IMG/VR virus record: IMGVR_UViG_3300035208_007487
From: a virus
Taxonomy: Duplodnaviria > Caudoviricetes
Length of the DNA stretch: 64,000 bases
Direction: 5' to 3' (one strand)
Notes under the pieces: model-generated
Told to the model about the DNA's origin: nothing
What the model saw: only the letters and a program-made list of their open reading frames with translations
The model's database searches: none
Shown: positions 50,335-60,337 of the stretch, piece by piece
Numbering within the stretch: position 1 is the stretch's first letter
How the letters are laid out: the number at the start of each line of letters is the position of its first letter
Translations under genes and position numbers: made by a program

Positions 50335-51665
50335 TGTTTAATAGATTAACTTTAACCGAAGCGTTAACCGTATTCGATAATGGGCATACTGTTGATTATG
50401 AGTTTGATACTAAAGAGTATATAAAATGCCTCATATATGCTATGAAAATTGGAACTAAGGCTTCGTATGAAGGTTCTAAGGGACAGCATGTTGGGCAAAA
50501 TGTTTCACCTTCTGCCTTAACTACAATCGTTAATCAATTAATGCTATTTAATCCTTATTCAATAAAAGGCGGAGCTAATTATAGTAAATTAGTAAATAAA
50601 CAAAATAAAAACAATATTCAATTATTGCCTAAGTTCCCAAATTTAGCTAAATATAAACCTGATTCAGCTAAATTAAAATATATTGAAAACAACCCATTTT
50701 TTTCAAAATATTTAAATGATTCAATAATGAAAAAATATATTGAAGACTATTATATTAGTTTTGATGAAGAGGAACATGTATATTTGCCTACTACTAAAGC
50801 TGAATCTAATATGTATATTAGATTTGTTAATTTTCTTAAAAAAGTTAAATTAGATAAATTATCAGATGAATTAAATGATTGGATACGAATAGTATCGGCT
50901 CCATATATTTCAGGAGATGATAGATATACAATAGCGCAAGCCATTGATTTTTTTGAAACAAATAATAAATCATTGTTTAATGCATATAGAGCTAATGAAT
51001 CAGTAGGTGAAGAATATGGCCCACTTGGGGCTGAAAACTTTAATGAAATATTAATTGCAGATGATAAACTAAGCTTTGGCATTAATAAAATAGATAATTT
51101 AGTCCCAAGCAATTACAAAAATAATGTTAAAAATGATATATCACACAATAGTTCATTTGATTTAGGGAATGGGCTGATTTCTTTATTATATGTTGGGTAT
51201 TTTACTATTGATAGAGTTAATGATGTTAATGCTGTAACATCTAGTAAAGGTGAAACTTCTAAAGCTAATGTTTTTTTTAAAATAGAACCAGATGAAAATG
51301 GCAAATATACTCAATACCCTGGGTCAATTAGATTAGTTATAAGTATTTCACATGGTAGTGAATTTAATGCTACTCCTAATCAAGTATTTGAAATAATGCT
51401 AGGATCTAATGATTATAAAGAATTATTTAATTTAAATGCTCATAGTAACAATGTATTAAGTGGGAAAACTTTTGGGCCTTCGGATAGTCATATATTTGGA
51501 TTTCAATTTCCAATTGATTTAATTAAAAGAATGTCGCCCGCTGGGAATCTAGTAATTGAACCTAAGAATTTTAATATTACTGCTAAGAAAACAGCTAAAC
51601 CAGTAGAAGAACCTATAAAAAAGCCAAATGCTTTTGAAGGTTTATTTGATTGGATAAAGGAATAG
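50334..51665 (+). CDS. Hypothetical protein, possibly internal virion protein
   Basis: 443 aa; TAATG coupling; N-terminal LTEA motif. Confidence 0.6.
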   Translation: MFNRLTLTEALTVFDNGHTVDYEFDTKEYIKCLIYAMKIGTKASYEGSKGQHVGQNVSPSALTTIVNQLMLFNPYSIKGGANYSKLVNKQNKNNIQLLPKFPNLAKYKPDSAKLKYIENNPFFSKYLNDSIMKKYIEDYYISFDEEEHVYLPTTKAESNMYIRFVNFLKKVKLDKLSDELNDWIRIVSAPYISGDDRYTIAQAIDFFETNNKSLFNAYRANESVGEEYGPLGAENFNEILIADDKLSFGINKIDNLVPSNYKNNVKNDISHNSSFDLGNGLISLLYVGYFTIDRVNDVNAVTSSKGETSKANVFFKIEPDENGKYTQYPGSIRLVISISHGSEFNATPNQVFEIMLGSNDYKELFNLNAHSNNVLSGKTFGPSDSHIFGFQFPIDLIKRMSPAGNLVIEPKNFNITAKKTAKPVEEPIKKPNAFEGLFDWIKE

Positions 51666-51666
51666 C

Positions 51667-53154
51667 GTGGTACCTTATTATTATCCTAGAGTAATTGAAA
51701 GAATCAATACTGCATTAATTGATGTATTTAATGATGTTCAAATTAATAGATTCAATGAAGATGGAACAATTTCTAAAATAATTGATGTTCCTATTATACC
51801 TCATTATAGTAAAAATTTTGCAGAATATATTATTAATACTAATAGAGTAAAAGAATCTAGATATCAAACTCCTATAATGGGATTAAGAATAACTGGATTA
51901 AATAGAGATGCAGCTAGAATAACTCAGCAAAAATATATCAGAAAAATATATAATGAAGCCAATGGGCAATACTTAAGAGATCGTAGACCCTCCCCTTGGA
52001 AAATAGGATTTACTTTAAGTATCTATACCGAAAATCTAGAAGATTTTTCTCAACTTATTGAAAATATAATAACCTATTTTGATCCAACATTAACTTTATC
52101 AATAAAAGAATTTGAAAAAGTTAATATTGAAAGAGATATAATAGTTACCTTAAATGATCCTAATTTAGAAATGAATGATGAAGTTGATAGAGAAGATCAT
52201 CAAAGCTATTCAATTGATTTACCATTAACAGCTTCTTGTGTATTTTACCCGCCATTATCAACTGCTGCTGTAGTTAAATTTATTAGTACTAATGTTAATA
52301 CTATTGAAGCAGGAAATTCAAATAATTTGTTATCTACTGTTTCATTGGGGCATGGATGGAGTGGTAATGTAAATACCGGATTTGCGCATACTGTTGGAAA
52401 TAATACAGCATTAGGTCAATTGGTATCTTGCATTGTAGGAAATACTTATAGCATTTCAATATTGATTACTTCTTATACTTCTGGATCAATAATATGCTCA
52501 GTAGGAGGATTTACTTCTGATAATATTAGCAGTACTTATAATAAAACATTTATAGCTAGTGCAAATAATTCACTAAGAATACTTCCAAGTTTAGATTTTG
52601 ATGGAACTGTTATTGTTTCATTAAGTGAGGGCATTAGAAAAATAAATTCAGTATCTACTATTCAAAATAATGGAACAGATATGAGTATAGGAGAATATAA
52701 TACATTAATGCCTCGATTATTAACTGATGCCCCTCAAGCATATGCAACAGCCCAATCAGCTAAACAACAATCAGTAGATATTAGCAGTTTGGATGAGAGC
52801 GTAATAGTGAGCGATATAACTAGATTATATGAAGATTATGCTACAACAATTGTAAAATACGATAGCTCGGCTGTTATTCCCATCTATTTAGCTAAGAAAA
52901 ATGAAACCATCGTATATGTAGAATTAATAGTTGGAGATAGTTTCAATAGTCCAAATACTACAATATCAATTGGCAGTGATGCAAATCCAGAATTAATAAT
53001 GAAAGCATCTGAGAACAGCCCTTATTATTCCACCAAATATGCCATTTCGTTTGAATATATTTTACCAGCAGACACTCAAATAAACTTATATTATCATAGT
53101 TCTAATTCAACAAAAGGCGAGGCTCAATTGACATTAGCTTGGAAACAGGTTTAA
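51667..53154 (+). CDS. gp15: Tail sheath stabiliser/terminator, T4 gp15-like, with C-terminal extension
   Basis: YYYPRVIERI...FNDVQINR...VPI...PIMG...PSPWKIGFTLSIYT...QLIENIITYFDP. Confidence 0.88.
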   Translation: MVPYYYPRVIERINTALIDVFNDVQINRFNEDGTISKIIDVPIIPHYSKNFAEYIINTNRVKESRYQTPIMGLRITGLNRDAARITQQKYIRKIYNEANGQYLRDRRPSPWKIGFTLSIYTENLEDFSQLIENIITYFDPTLTLSIKEFEKVNIERDIIVTLNDPNLEMNDEVDREDHQSYSIDLPLTASCVFYPPLSTAAVVKFISTNVNTIEAGNSNNLLSTVSLGHGWSGNVNTGFAHTVGNNTALGQLVSCIVGNTYSISILITSYTSGSIICSVGGFTSDNISSTYNKTFIASANNSLRILPSLDFDGTVIVSLSEGIRKINSVSTIQNNGTDMSIGEYNTLMPRLLTDAPQAYATAQSAKQQSVDISSLDESVIVSDITRLYEDYATTIVKYDSSAVIPIYLAKKNETIVYVELIVGDSFNSPNTTISIGSDANPELIMKASENSPYYSTKYAISFEYILPADTQINLYYHSSNSTKGEAQLTLAWKQV

Positions 53155-53184
53155 TCACCAATTATTTTTTGTTATATTTATTCA

Positions 53185-53517
53185 ATGGAAAATGAGAATA
53201 ACTTAAATCCAAAAAAATCTGAAGTATTTGTAATTGAAACCCCAGACGATTTTAGAAATCATTTTGCGACTTATTGCTTTTATCTTACTTATCTAAGTGA
53301 ATGTAGTATTGAAGATGTTAGAGATGTTGAAATTGCATCTACTGTAATATACACTAGGCTATTAACCTCATATTTAAGATTTAACAAGTTAGATATTAAT
53401 GAATTTAAAAAGCAATTGAATATTTCAGTAGTAGAATATATGTCAAGCCCTACTTATGAAGCTACATATAATACTTGGGTTGAAATGGATCATTTAATTA
53501 ATATAGACAAATTATAA
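53185..53517 (+). CDS. Hypothetical protein
   Basis: 110-aa ORF without a TAAATA box. Confidence 0.55.
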   Translation: MENENNLNPKKSEVFVIETPDDFRNHFATYCFYLTYLSECSIEDVRDVEIASTVIYTRLLTSYLRFNKLDINEFKKQLNISVVEYMSSPTYEATYNTWVEMDHLINIDKL

Positions 53518-53519
53518 TA

Positions 53520-56495
53520 TTAAGAATAAGCAATTGTTTCAAAATTTTCTCTATTAATTAATGAATAGTCACTTTTGCCTCTGAATATGATTGGAGTATT
53601 TTGTTCCAATTCATCAGGTGATTGGGTTAATTTATTAACTATTTCTCTCATGGTTGGATCAGTTATCTTATCTAATCCACTTAATTCATTAGTTATTAAT
53701 CTCTTTTTATAGATTGGTTCATCATCAATATTTCCATAATAATAAGGACTATTAGCATAATATAATACTGATAATATAGCAGTGACTAAATCATCATGTG
53801 CATCGCCCAAAGCAGCATATGAATTTCCTTTTTTACCAAAAGTGCATAGTTCAGTTATAGTATTAATATCACATATTTTAAGTAAGCCACGCTCAATATA
53901 TACTTGTAAATAGATGCAAGCTTCCATTTTTCTATTGTGGGATAAGTTAAAACCTAATCCATGCTCATTCATATGAATTAAATTAGGATAGTTTTTATCA
54001 TAATGCAATCCAGTTATAATAGCACCACCGGCTTGTTCCATCGTTTCAACTATAATACCAGCATCATAATAAATTTTAGCAAGATAATATATTTTTTCAA
54101 TATAATTTTTTGGAATAATATCATTAGATTCATAAACAGCAACTTGTTCTATATCAGTATTTGATTTAACTAACCATACTTGGCTAACGCTATAATCTTG
54201 TTTAGTACCCATAGCGGGATCAACAGTTACAACATATTCATATCCCTTATCCTTATATTCCTGATAATTCATTGGATATTTAAATATTCGTAATCTGTCA
54301 TCTTCCAATATAGCAATAGGTGAAGCTACTGGCAACTTCTTTAAGAATCCTGCATCAATTAATGTAGCAACAGATCCTTGGAATTCACATTCATATTCTT
54401 GTTTGAATCGAACAATACCTATTTTATCTATTTCTGTTTTCTTCCATTCTTCGGTTCTTCCAGGAACTTCATCCCAAGCTATTTCTATAGTCCTAAAATC
54501 TTTAGAATCCATAGGTAGGCCGCTTTTAGCTTTATTTTCCGCATCAGTCCACATTTTCCAGAAATGATTAAGACCACGAGGGGTTTGAAACCCTAGTATT
54601 CCACCATATACAACAGAATGAGCCCATTTATCATTTTCATTGTCATTTAATGAAAAATCATATACTCTTTCTACTCCGCTATCTATATTAGTTATTTTAT
54701 CCCAAATTAAATCCTCTTGAACATTTTCCATAAATTTATTATATTCATTATTATTAATAATTAATGATTTTTTAATACCAAGCATTTTTTCTCTAGAAAA
54801 ATGTTTTAGATCTCTATGAATTCCAATATGACTTATCTCTTTTATGCCTAATTGTTTAATAATATTGTTTGAATAAGGAATTACATCTGCATTACTGCCA
54901 ATATGCTTAGTTGTTATACAATTTGATATTCTAGCTTGTTTTCTATTAAATCTAAATCCCACAATATTATAAAATTTTAAAGCGAATGAATTGTTCGCAT
55001 CAATCTTATAATAATTTGAACTAACTTTAACTAATTTAGTAGGGGGGGTTATACCTTCACTCCACGAAGTTAATATTCCTAAATTAAGTAATAGCATTCT
55101 AACTTGAATAGTTAATTCTTTAGATGCAAATCCGATAGATATTCTTGCTTTAGTTTTATGTGCAGTGCCATCTCCATCAAATAATCCTTGTAACATTGCT
55201 ATTATATTATCTCTAGACATTTCTAATAATTTGCTAGGTATTATTTTATTTTTTGCTTTTAGATTAATATTAAATCCTAGATATTCTAATATGGTTACTA
55301 AAGATTTAGAATATATTACATAGTGAAATTTATCAACTTTACGATATCTAAGTGATAACGTATTCAAACAATCGCTAACATCATCTCCACAAGATATTAC
55401 TGTTGAATAGCTTGCATAAGGCCTCATTCCTTTTCTGCTATATCCTTCTGCAATATACAATCCTAAGAAATATGCAAAATCTTTAGAAATATGATTCATA
55501 TTAAATAAATTGCTACCTGTTAAATTAAGCTCACTTTGGCTAATATTATCATTATTGCCCCAAATATTCATTCCATATTTTATTGATATATAATCCCCAA
55601 CTTCTAATTCTTTAGCTCTAAATATTCCATATACTCCATTTTTACATGCATAATATTTATGTTCTAATGAACTTTCAATGAATGAATGAGCTGAACTTAT
55701 TTGTTTAGTTTCTTTTTCACCATCATTATGCATCACAATACCTGTATTAAGATCTTTATTAAACCCTTGCACCTTATATTCAGGCACATAATATCCATAT
55801 CCATCTGGTCTATTATCATCAATAAAATTACTTATTTGTTTTAATCCATTATTAGTAAATATCCAAGTATTTTTTACAACACATGATGTAATAATAACTT
55901 TAGCAGTTGTCATTGACGAAACAGTTGGTATAACTGACGAAATAAATTCATTAGCAATATATGGTTCAACGAAAGCAAATTCATCCAAATATAAAAAATT
56001 ATTGGTAAATCCACGACCAGAATCTTCTTTTGTAGCTGAACATTCCATTCTAGATCCATTAGCAAATTCAATACTGCCCTGATTCCATTTTAATACTGGA
56101 ACTTGCAGCCATAATGGAAGCTCAATTATCATAGCCTTAATTCTTCTTAATTGCTCAGAAGACATTGATTTTTTATGAGCTAAAATAAGAGCGCTTTTGT
56201 TTGGATTGAATAATACATACCATACCATATATGCAGCTACCGTAATTGACTTACCACTCTGTCTAGGGAATTTAGCAATTAGATATGAATTTTCGTGAAT
56301 TGCTTTAATAAATTTTAATGAATATTCTCTAGGTTGAAAATTAATTAAACCCAAATCTCCATCTACAATTTTTATATAATGTAAAATAAAGTAAATAGGA
56401 TCTCGTACAATTTTACGGATCTCTTCTATTTGCCAATCTTCATATTCAGTTTCACCATCGTCTATTCCACGTAGACGAGGATTATTTAGATACAT
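53520..56495 (-). CDS. gp17: Large terminase subunit, T4 gp17-like, intein-containing
   Basis: YLNNPRL, PRQSGKS (Walker A), LYLDEFAF (Walker B), IITS|TPRG, FKQEYECEF, nuclease VDPAMG..DYS and HDDLV. Confidence 0.96.
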   Translation of the reverse strand: MYLNNPRLRGIDDGETEYEDWQIEEIRKIVRDPIYFILHYIKIVDGDLGLINFQPREYSLKFIKAIHENSYLIAKFPRQSGKSITVAAYMVWYVLFNPNKSALILAHKKSMSSEQLRRIKAMIIELPLWLQVPVLKWNQGSIEFANGSRMECSATKEDSGRGFTNNFLYLDEFAFVEPYIANEFISSVIPTVSSMTTAKVIITSCVVKNTWIFTNNGLKQISNFIDDNRPDGYGYYVPEYKVQGFNKDLNTGIVMHNDGEKETKQISSAHSFIESSLEHKYYACKNGVYGIFRAKELEVGDYISIKYGMNIWGNNDNISQSELNLTGSNLFNMNHISKDFAYFLGLYIAEGYSRKGMRPYASYSTVISCGDDVSDCLNTLSLRYRKVDKFHYVIYSKSLVTILEYLGFNINLKAKNKIIPSKLLEMSRDNIIAMLQGLFDGDGTAHKTKARISIGFASKELTIQVRMLLLNLGILTSWSEGITPPTKLVKVSSNYYKIDANNSFALKFYNIVGFRFNRKQARISNCITTKHIGSNADVIPYSNNIIKQLGIKEISHIGIHRDLKHFSREKMLGIKKSLIINNNEYNKFMENVQEDLIWDKITNIDSGVERVYDFSLNDNENDKWAHSVVYGGILGFQTPRGLNHFWKMWTDAENKAKSGLPMDSKDFRTIEIAWDEVPGRTEEWKKTEIDKIGIVRFKQEYECEFQGSVATLIDAGFLKKLPVASPIAILEDDRLRIFKYPMNYQEYKDKGYEYVVTVDPAMGTKQDYSVSQVWLVKSNTDIEQVAVYESNDIIPKNYIEKIYYLAKIYYDAGIIVETMEQAGGAIITGLHYDKNYPNLIHMNEHGLGFNLSHNRKMEACIYLQVYIERGLLKICDINTITELCTFGKKGNSYAALGDAHDDLVTAILSVLYYANSPYYYGNIDDEPIYKKRLITNELSGLDKITDPTMREIVNKLTQSPDELEQNTPIIFRGKSDYSLINRENFETIAYS
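54585..55883 (-). mobile_element. Intein with LAGLIDADG homing endonuclease (433 aa)
   Basis: Starts CVVKNTWI, block B SSLEH, LGLYIAEG and LQGLFDGDG, block F VYDFSL, ends ILGFQ followed by extein Thr; removing it restores IITSTPRG. Confidence 0.92.
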
Positions 56496-56504
56496 AATTA
56501 TTAT

Positions 56505-57293
56505 TTAGTTGAATTTACATTCATATTCTTTTTTAAATCTATTAATTCCTATCTTATTAATAGTTTTAGCTTTCCAACTATCATCTCTACCAGGAACATC
56601 GTTCCAATTTATACTTAATAGTTTAAATTTTCTATTAGAAACTTTATATCTATTATTACATAATTTCCAAAAATCATTAAATTTATTGGGAGTGGAATTT
56701 ATGATAACTTTTGCATTATGATTATAAGGTAAATATTCTGATAAAAATGTTTCACAATCAAAATTATCCCAATAAGCAAATTCATTTAAATAAAATATGT
56801 TAGGACTTAATCCCCTTAATGAAGTTAGATTTGCCGCAGTGACGATAGAAATAGATCCATTAGATAATTTAATGCTTTGCTCATTCCAAGTTAAAATGGG
56901 CGATTGCAACCATAATGGTAATTTCGATATCATGCTTTTAATTCTTCTTAGCTGTTCTTTTACTAATATTTTTTTAGAATCTATCAATACTATATTACTA
57001 TTATAATGAAACATTAAATACCATATTAAATAAGCATCACATATAAGTGATTTACCACTTTGTCTGGGGAATTTTAATATAGTGCTTAAATTATTATGAA
57101 TATGGTTTATTGCATCTAAAATATATTCTCTAGGCTGAATATTAATTAATCCCATATCACAATCTTCTATTTTAATATAATTTAATATAAAGTATGCAGG
57201 GGATTCTATACATTTTATTAATTCACCAATTTGCCATGAATCTAGTTTAACGTCATCTTTGTTGCCTCTAAGCAAAGGATTATTCAAATACAT
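56505..57293 (-). CDS. Terminase ATPase-domain-only paralogue (start revised to ATG 57293)
   Basis: MYLNNPLL, PRQSGKS, FYLNEFAY, INSTPNK, FKKEYECKFN-stop; collinear with the TerL N-terminal domain; TAAATA-N6-ATG. Confidence 0.88.
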   Translation of the reverse strand: MYLNNPLLRGNKDDVKLDSWQIGELIKCIESPAYFILNYIKIEDCDMGLINIQPREYILDAINHIHNNLSTILKFPRQSGKSLICDAYLIWYLMFHYNSNIVLIDSKKILVKEQLRRIKSMISKLPLWLQSPILTWNEQSIKLSNGSISIVTAANLTSLRGLSPNIFYLNEFAYWDNFDCETFLSEYLPYNHNAKVIINSTPNKFNDFWKLCNNRYKVSNRKFKLLSINWNDVPGRDDSWKAKTINKIGINRFKKEYECKFN

Positions 57294-57321
57294 ATCCAAT
57301 ATTTAGTCAAAAGATATTATA

Positions 57322-59313
57322 TTAAATTCCTAATCCGCTTCTAACTGAATTTGTTTTTGTTGTATTTAACTCTTTTAATTTATCTTTAAATGAATATCCA
57401 TACTTTTGGGTAAACAATTCTTCAATTTTAGCATATCTTTGAGCATATGGAATTTTCTTTAGGATAGATTCATTTTCTTTCATAATATCAGTCCATTTGT
57501 TTTTTAAGTCAACATATTGACTATCTATTCTAAAAGGTATTCCAGCAAAAGGTTTTTTGTCAGTAGATGTTCCTTTAGTAACTGGAGTATTCAAAGCATG
57601 CCCCCCATTTTTATTATTTCTAGCGGCCATTTGACTATTATAATATTCAAATTCTTCAATTAATGACTTATATAGCTGATCATTATTTGGAATACTCTCA
57701 AGATATGGTATTACTGTATTATTCAATTCATACCATATTACTCTAAGTTTATCACCATCATAATGATCTTTAACATATTCTAATAGCTTTTTAGTATTTG
57801 ATTTATTTTCTGTTTCATTATTTTGATTACTTTGCTCTTTAGGTAATTGTTTAAAACCATTAGCAACTGCTTTGATAAATGCTACATCAGATCCTTCATC
57901 AGATGAATTATCAATTACATCTAAGTAATCATTATTAATATCTGGAGAAGGGTTAGTGTCTAATTCTGGATCAGCCGGATTATATCCACTGATTTCTTTA
58001 GCTTTCCCAAATCCTAATGAATTATAAAAATAATCAGAAGTATGATTTAACATTTTAATAGTAGATTGATAAGGTCTTTTAATTTTTAATTTATCAGATG
58101 CTTTTAATAATTGCTTAGAAGTAACAACGGTTTCGCCATCATTACTAACAAATTTATCTAAGAATATTTCTAATTCAGAATATTCCTCCGAAGTCCCAAC
58201 TCTATTTGAATTATCTTCTGGGCTGAAATCTGGATTAAATCCAAACACTATATAAAAGCTTTTATCAGATAATACTTGAGGTTCGCTTAATACTGCTTCT
58301 AATAAAGCCTTATCAATTTCTTTACCTATCTTTTTAAGAATATTTTCTATTGGTTCAAATGTTGATTCATAGCTAGCACTTAACCCAATTAATTGTAAAG
58401 TTTTTTCTTTATTTAATACCTTATAAGTATCTTCAATTGATATATCACTATCCTCATTATCTGTATCGAATTCATTTATTGCATTAGATATTTCACTTAA
58501 TCTTTGTTGGGCTTCTTTACTATTATCAAATGAACTATCTATAAATTCTCTTGAAGTATTTACAACATAAAATGGTTTGATGTTATATGGTTTCCAATCA
58601 ATTGTAGTTGGATCACCTACTATTGAAAATAACTTAGTAGAATATTTTTGAACACTATAATTTTCTGCACCATATTCTTCGATTGAATTTAATCTATTCT
58701 TTGCAGATTCTTCATCTTTCCATCCACTATCTATTGATTTTTCTTCTATATTAATTACATAATATTTGTATTGTTCATTTGGATCATAATCTTCAGATTC
58801 AGCATCTTGAATTGCAGCCAATTCATCAGGTAAATATTTTTTATTAATATCTAATTCATTTAGATCTTCATTAGAAATTAAGCTATTAATTATATCATCA
58901 ATAGTTTCTTCTTTTTCTGGCTCGGCTTCTGGAGTATCTTCATTAGACAGAGGCTCACTTGGGGCTTGAGTTTTTTCAATTTCAGTATTTGGATTAGATT
59001 CATCCGAAGTATTAGCAGGAGATTCTAAAATTTTCTCATAATCTTTAGTTACAAATCCTAAAAATTTTGAAGCAATTCCATCCGGCTTATTTTCGCTACC
59101 ATCAATATATTCAAAGATTTTTTTAAAATCAATAATTTCTTTACGTTTAGATAATGTATCATCTACCCAATTAGCTTTTATATATACCTCAGTTTTACCT
59201 CTAGCCATCTCAATTGGAGCAATAGAGTTACTTAAATTAGCAGTAATAGATGGGTCTACTTCTTTCCAAGCTAGGTGCTCAAAATCAACTTCTAGCAATG
59301 ATTTTTTATTCAT
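57322..59313 (-). CDS. Hypothetical acidic protein with an internal repeat, candidate internal head protein
   Basis: 663 aa; LLE motifs; repeat YYVIN...IDSGW...AKNRL / FYVVN...IDSSF...AQQRL. Confidence 0.65.
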   Translation of the reverse strand: MNKKSLLEVDFEHLAWKEVDPSITANLSNSIAPIEMARGKTEVYIKANWVDDTLSKRKEIIDFKKIFEYIDGSENKPDGIASKFLGFVTKDYEKILESPANTSDESNPNTEIEKTQAPSEPLSNEDTPEAEPEKEETIDDIINSLISNEDLNELDINKKYLPDELAAIQDAESEDYDPNEQYKYYVINIEEKSIDSGWKDEESAKNRLNSIEEYGAENYSVQKYSTKLFSIVGDPTTIDWKPYNIKPFYVVNTSREFIDSSFDNSKEAQQRLSEISNAINEFDTDNEDSDISIEDTYKVLNKEKTLQLIGLSASYESTFEPIENILKKIGKEIDKALLEAVLSEPQVLSDKSFYIVFGFNPDFSPEDNSNRVGTSEEYSELEIFLDKFVSNDGETVVTSKQLLKASDKLKIKRPYQSTIKMLNHTSDYFYNSLGFGKAKEISGYNPADPELDTNPSPDINNDYLDVIDNSSDEGSDVAFIKAVANGFKQLPKEQSNQNNETENKSNTKKLLEYVKDHYDGDKLRVIWYELNNTVIPYLESIPNNDQLYKSLIEEFEYYNSQMAARNNKNGGHALNTPVTKGTSTDKKPFAGIPFRIDSQYVDLKNKWTDIMKENESILKKIPYAQRYAKIEELFTQKYGYSFKDKLKELNTTKTNSVRSGLGI

Positions 59314-59323
59314 GTGAATACCC

Positions 59324-59344
59324 TTAATAAATATTTATTAAATA
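59324..59344. promoter_or_regulatory. Divergent TAAATA promoters within an 18-bp palindrome
   Basis: TTAATAAATATTTATTAA (59324-59341) between ORFs 59313(-) and 59351(+). Confidence 0.6.
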
Positions 59345-59350
59345 TTAACT

Positions 59351-60337
59351 ATGGCGATAATATTTAAGCCTGGATTCTTTTATTACATTAAAGCTGAGTT
59401 ACCAATTACCGGCAAACTGATTGCTATTGCTAAAGTAACTAAGCGAGATGAATGGAATGCTTATTGCGATAGATATAAACGATTTTTTAAATCAATTATA
59501 TTAATGGAATATAATTCTATTAAGCCAATTAATGAAAGAATTCGTCAGGTAAGTAAATTAACTAATAACAATTTTAGAAAAATCATTAGAATTCCTAGAA
59601 TTAAAAAAGATAAGAAAAAGCCAATCAAAGGCAATTTATTAGTTAAGATAGATGGAGATACTGCATATATTCAAGTTAGCCATTTCAAAAAAAGAAAAAT
59701 AATTAAAATTGATTTAGAAGATTTGCAACCATTGCTAGATGTTACTAAAAAAAGTTTTTATTTTATTGGCAGATATAATAAGCAATCTAAAACAGTAAAT
59801 TATATATTAAGTAAAAAGAAATATAGACCTAATTCATTATATTCATATATATTAAAACAAAAAATATTTACAAAAGTAATACATAAAGATGGAGATATAT
59901 TTAATTATAAGAAAGATAATTTAATAGTAACTACTCAAAAATCAGTGATAGCAATTGCTCCAAATAATTACTCAGAAGTATTTGTTGAAAAAAAGATTAA
60001 TGAATTAGTTGGAGTAATAAAATCTGATAGAATTAGTTATAATTATATTGCTGAGATTCATGTGCATGGAGTTTTAATTAAATTAGGTAGATTTATTAAT
60101 GCAATAGATGCAGCAATGGCTTATGATATTGCTAGAATGTATTATTATGGTAGAGATAAAACTGCTAATTATCCAGCCAACTACTATTTCATTTTAAAAC
60201 AAGACCTTGTTCTAAAATGGTACATTAATTTAAAAAAACGTAAATATCAGAATGAATCTAATTTGGCACGAGAATTGATGAGTAATATGTTGGCAGAAAG
60301 CCAGAAAGAAAAGGACACACATGGAAACGAGAATTAA
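59351..60337 (+). CDS. HNH-AP2 family protein (degenerate HNH, AP2 DNA-binding domain)
   Basis: VIHKDGDIFNYKKDNL (HNH_3-like); GVI...YIAEIHVHGVLIKLGRFINAIDAAMAYDIARMYYYG...NYP (AP2). Confidence 0.8.
   Translation: MAIIFKPGFFYYIKAELPITGKLIAIAKVTKRDEWNAYCDRYKRFFKSIILMEYNSIKPINERIRQVSKLTNNNFRKIIRIPRIKKDKKKPIKGNLLVKIDGDTAYIQVSHFKKRKIIKIDLEDLQPLLDVTKKSFYFIGRYNKQSKTVNYILSKKKYRPNSLYSYILKQKIFTKVIHKDGDIFNYKKDNLIVTTQKSVIAIAPNNYSEVFVEKKINELVGVIKSDRISYNYIAEIHVHGVLIKLGRFINAIDAAMAYDIARMYYYGRDKTANYPANYYFILKQDLVLKWYINLKKRKYQNESNLARELMSNMLAESQKEKDTHGNEN

Noticed and set aside
56505-57293. Interpreting the TerL paralogue as half of a split terminase or as a pseudogene
   Set aside because: The downstream TerL is complete with its own ATPase domain; the paralogue has an intact ORF, its own promoter and no split-intein motifs
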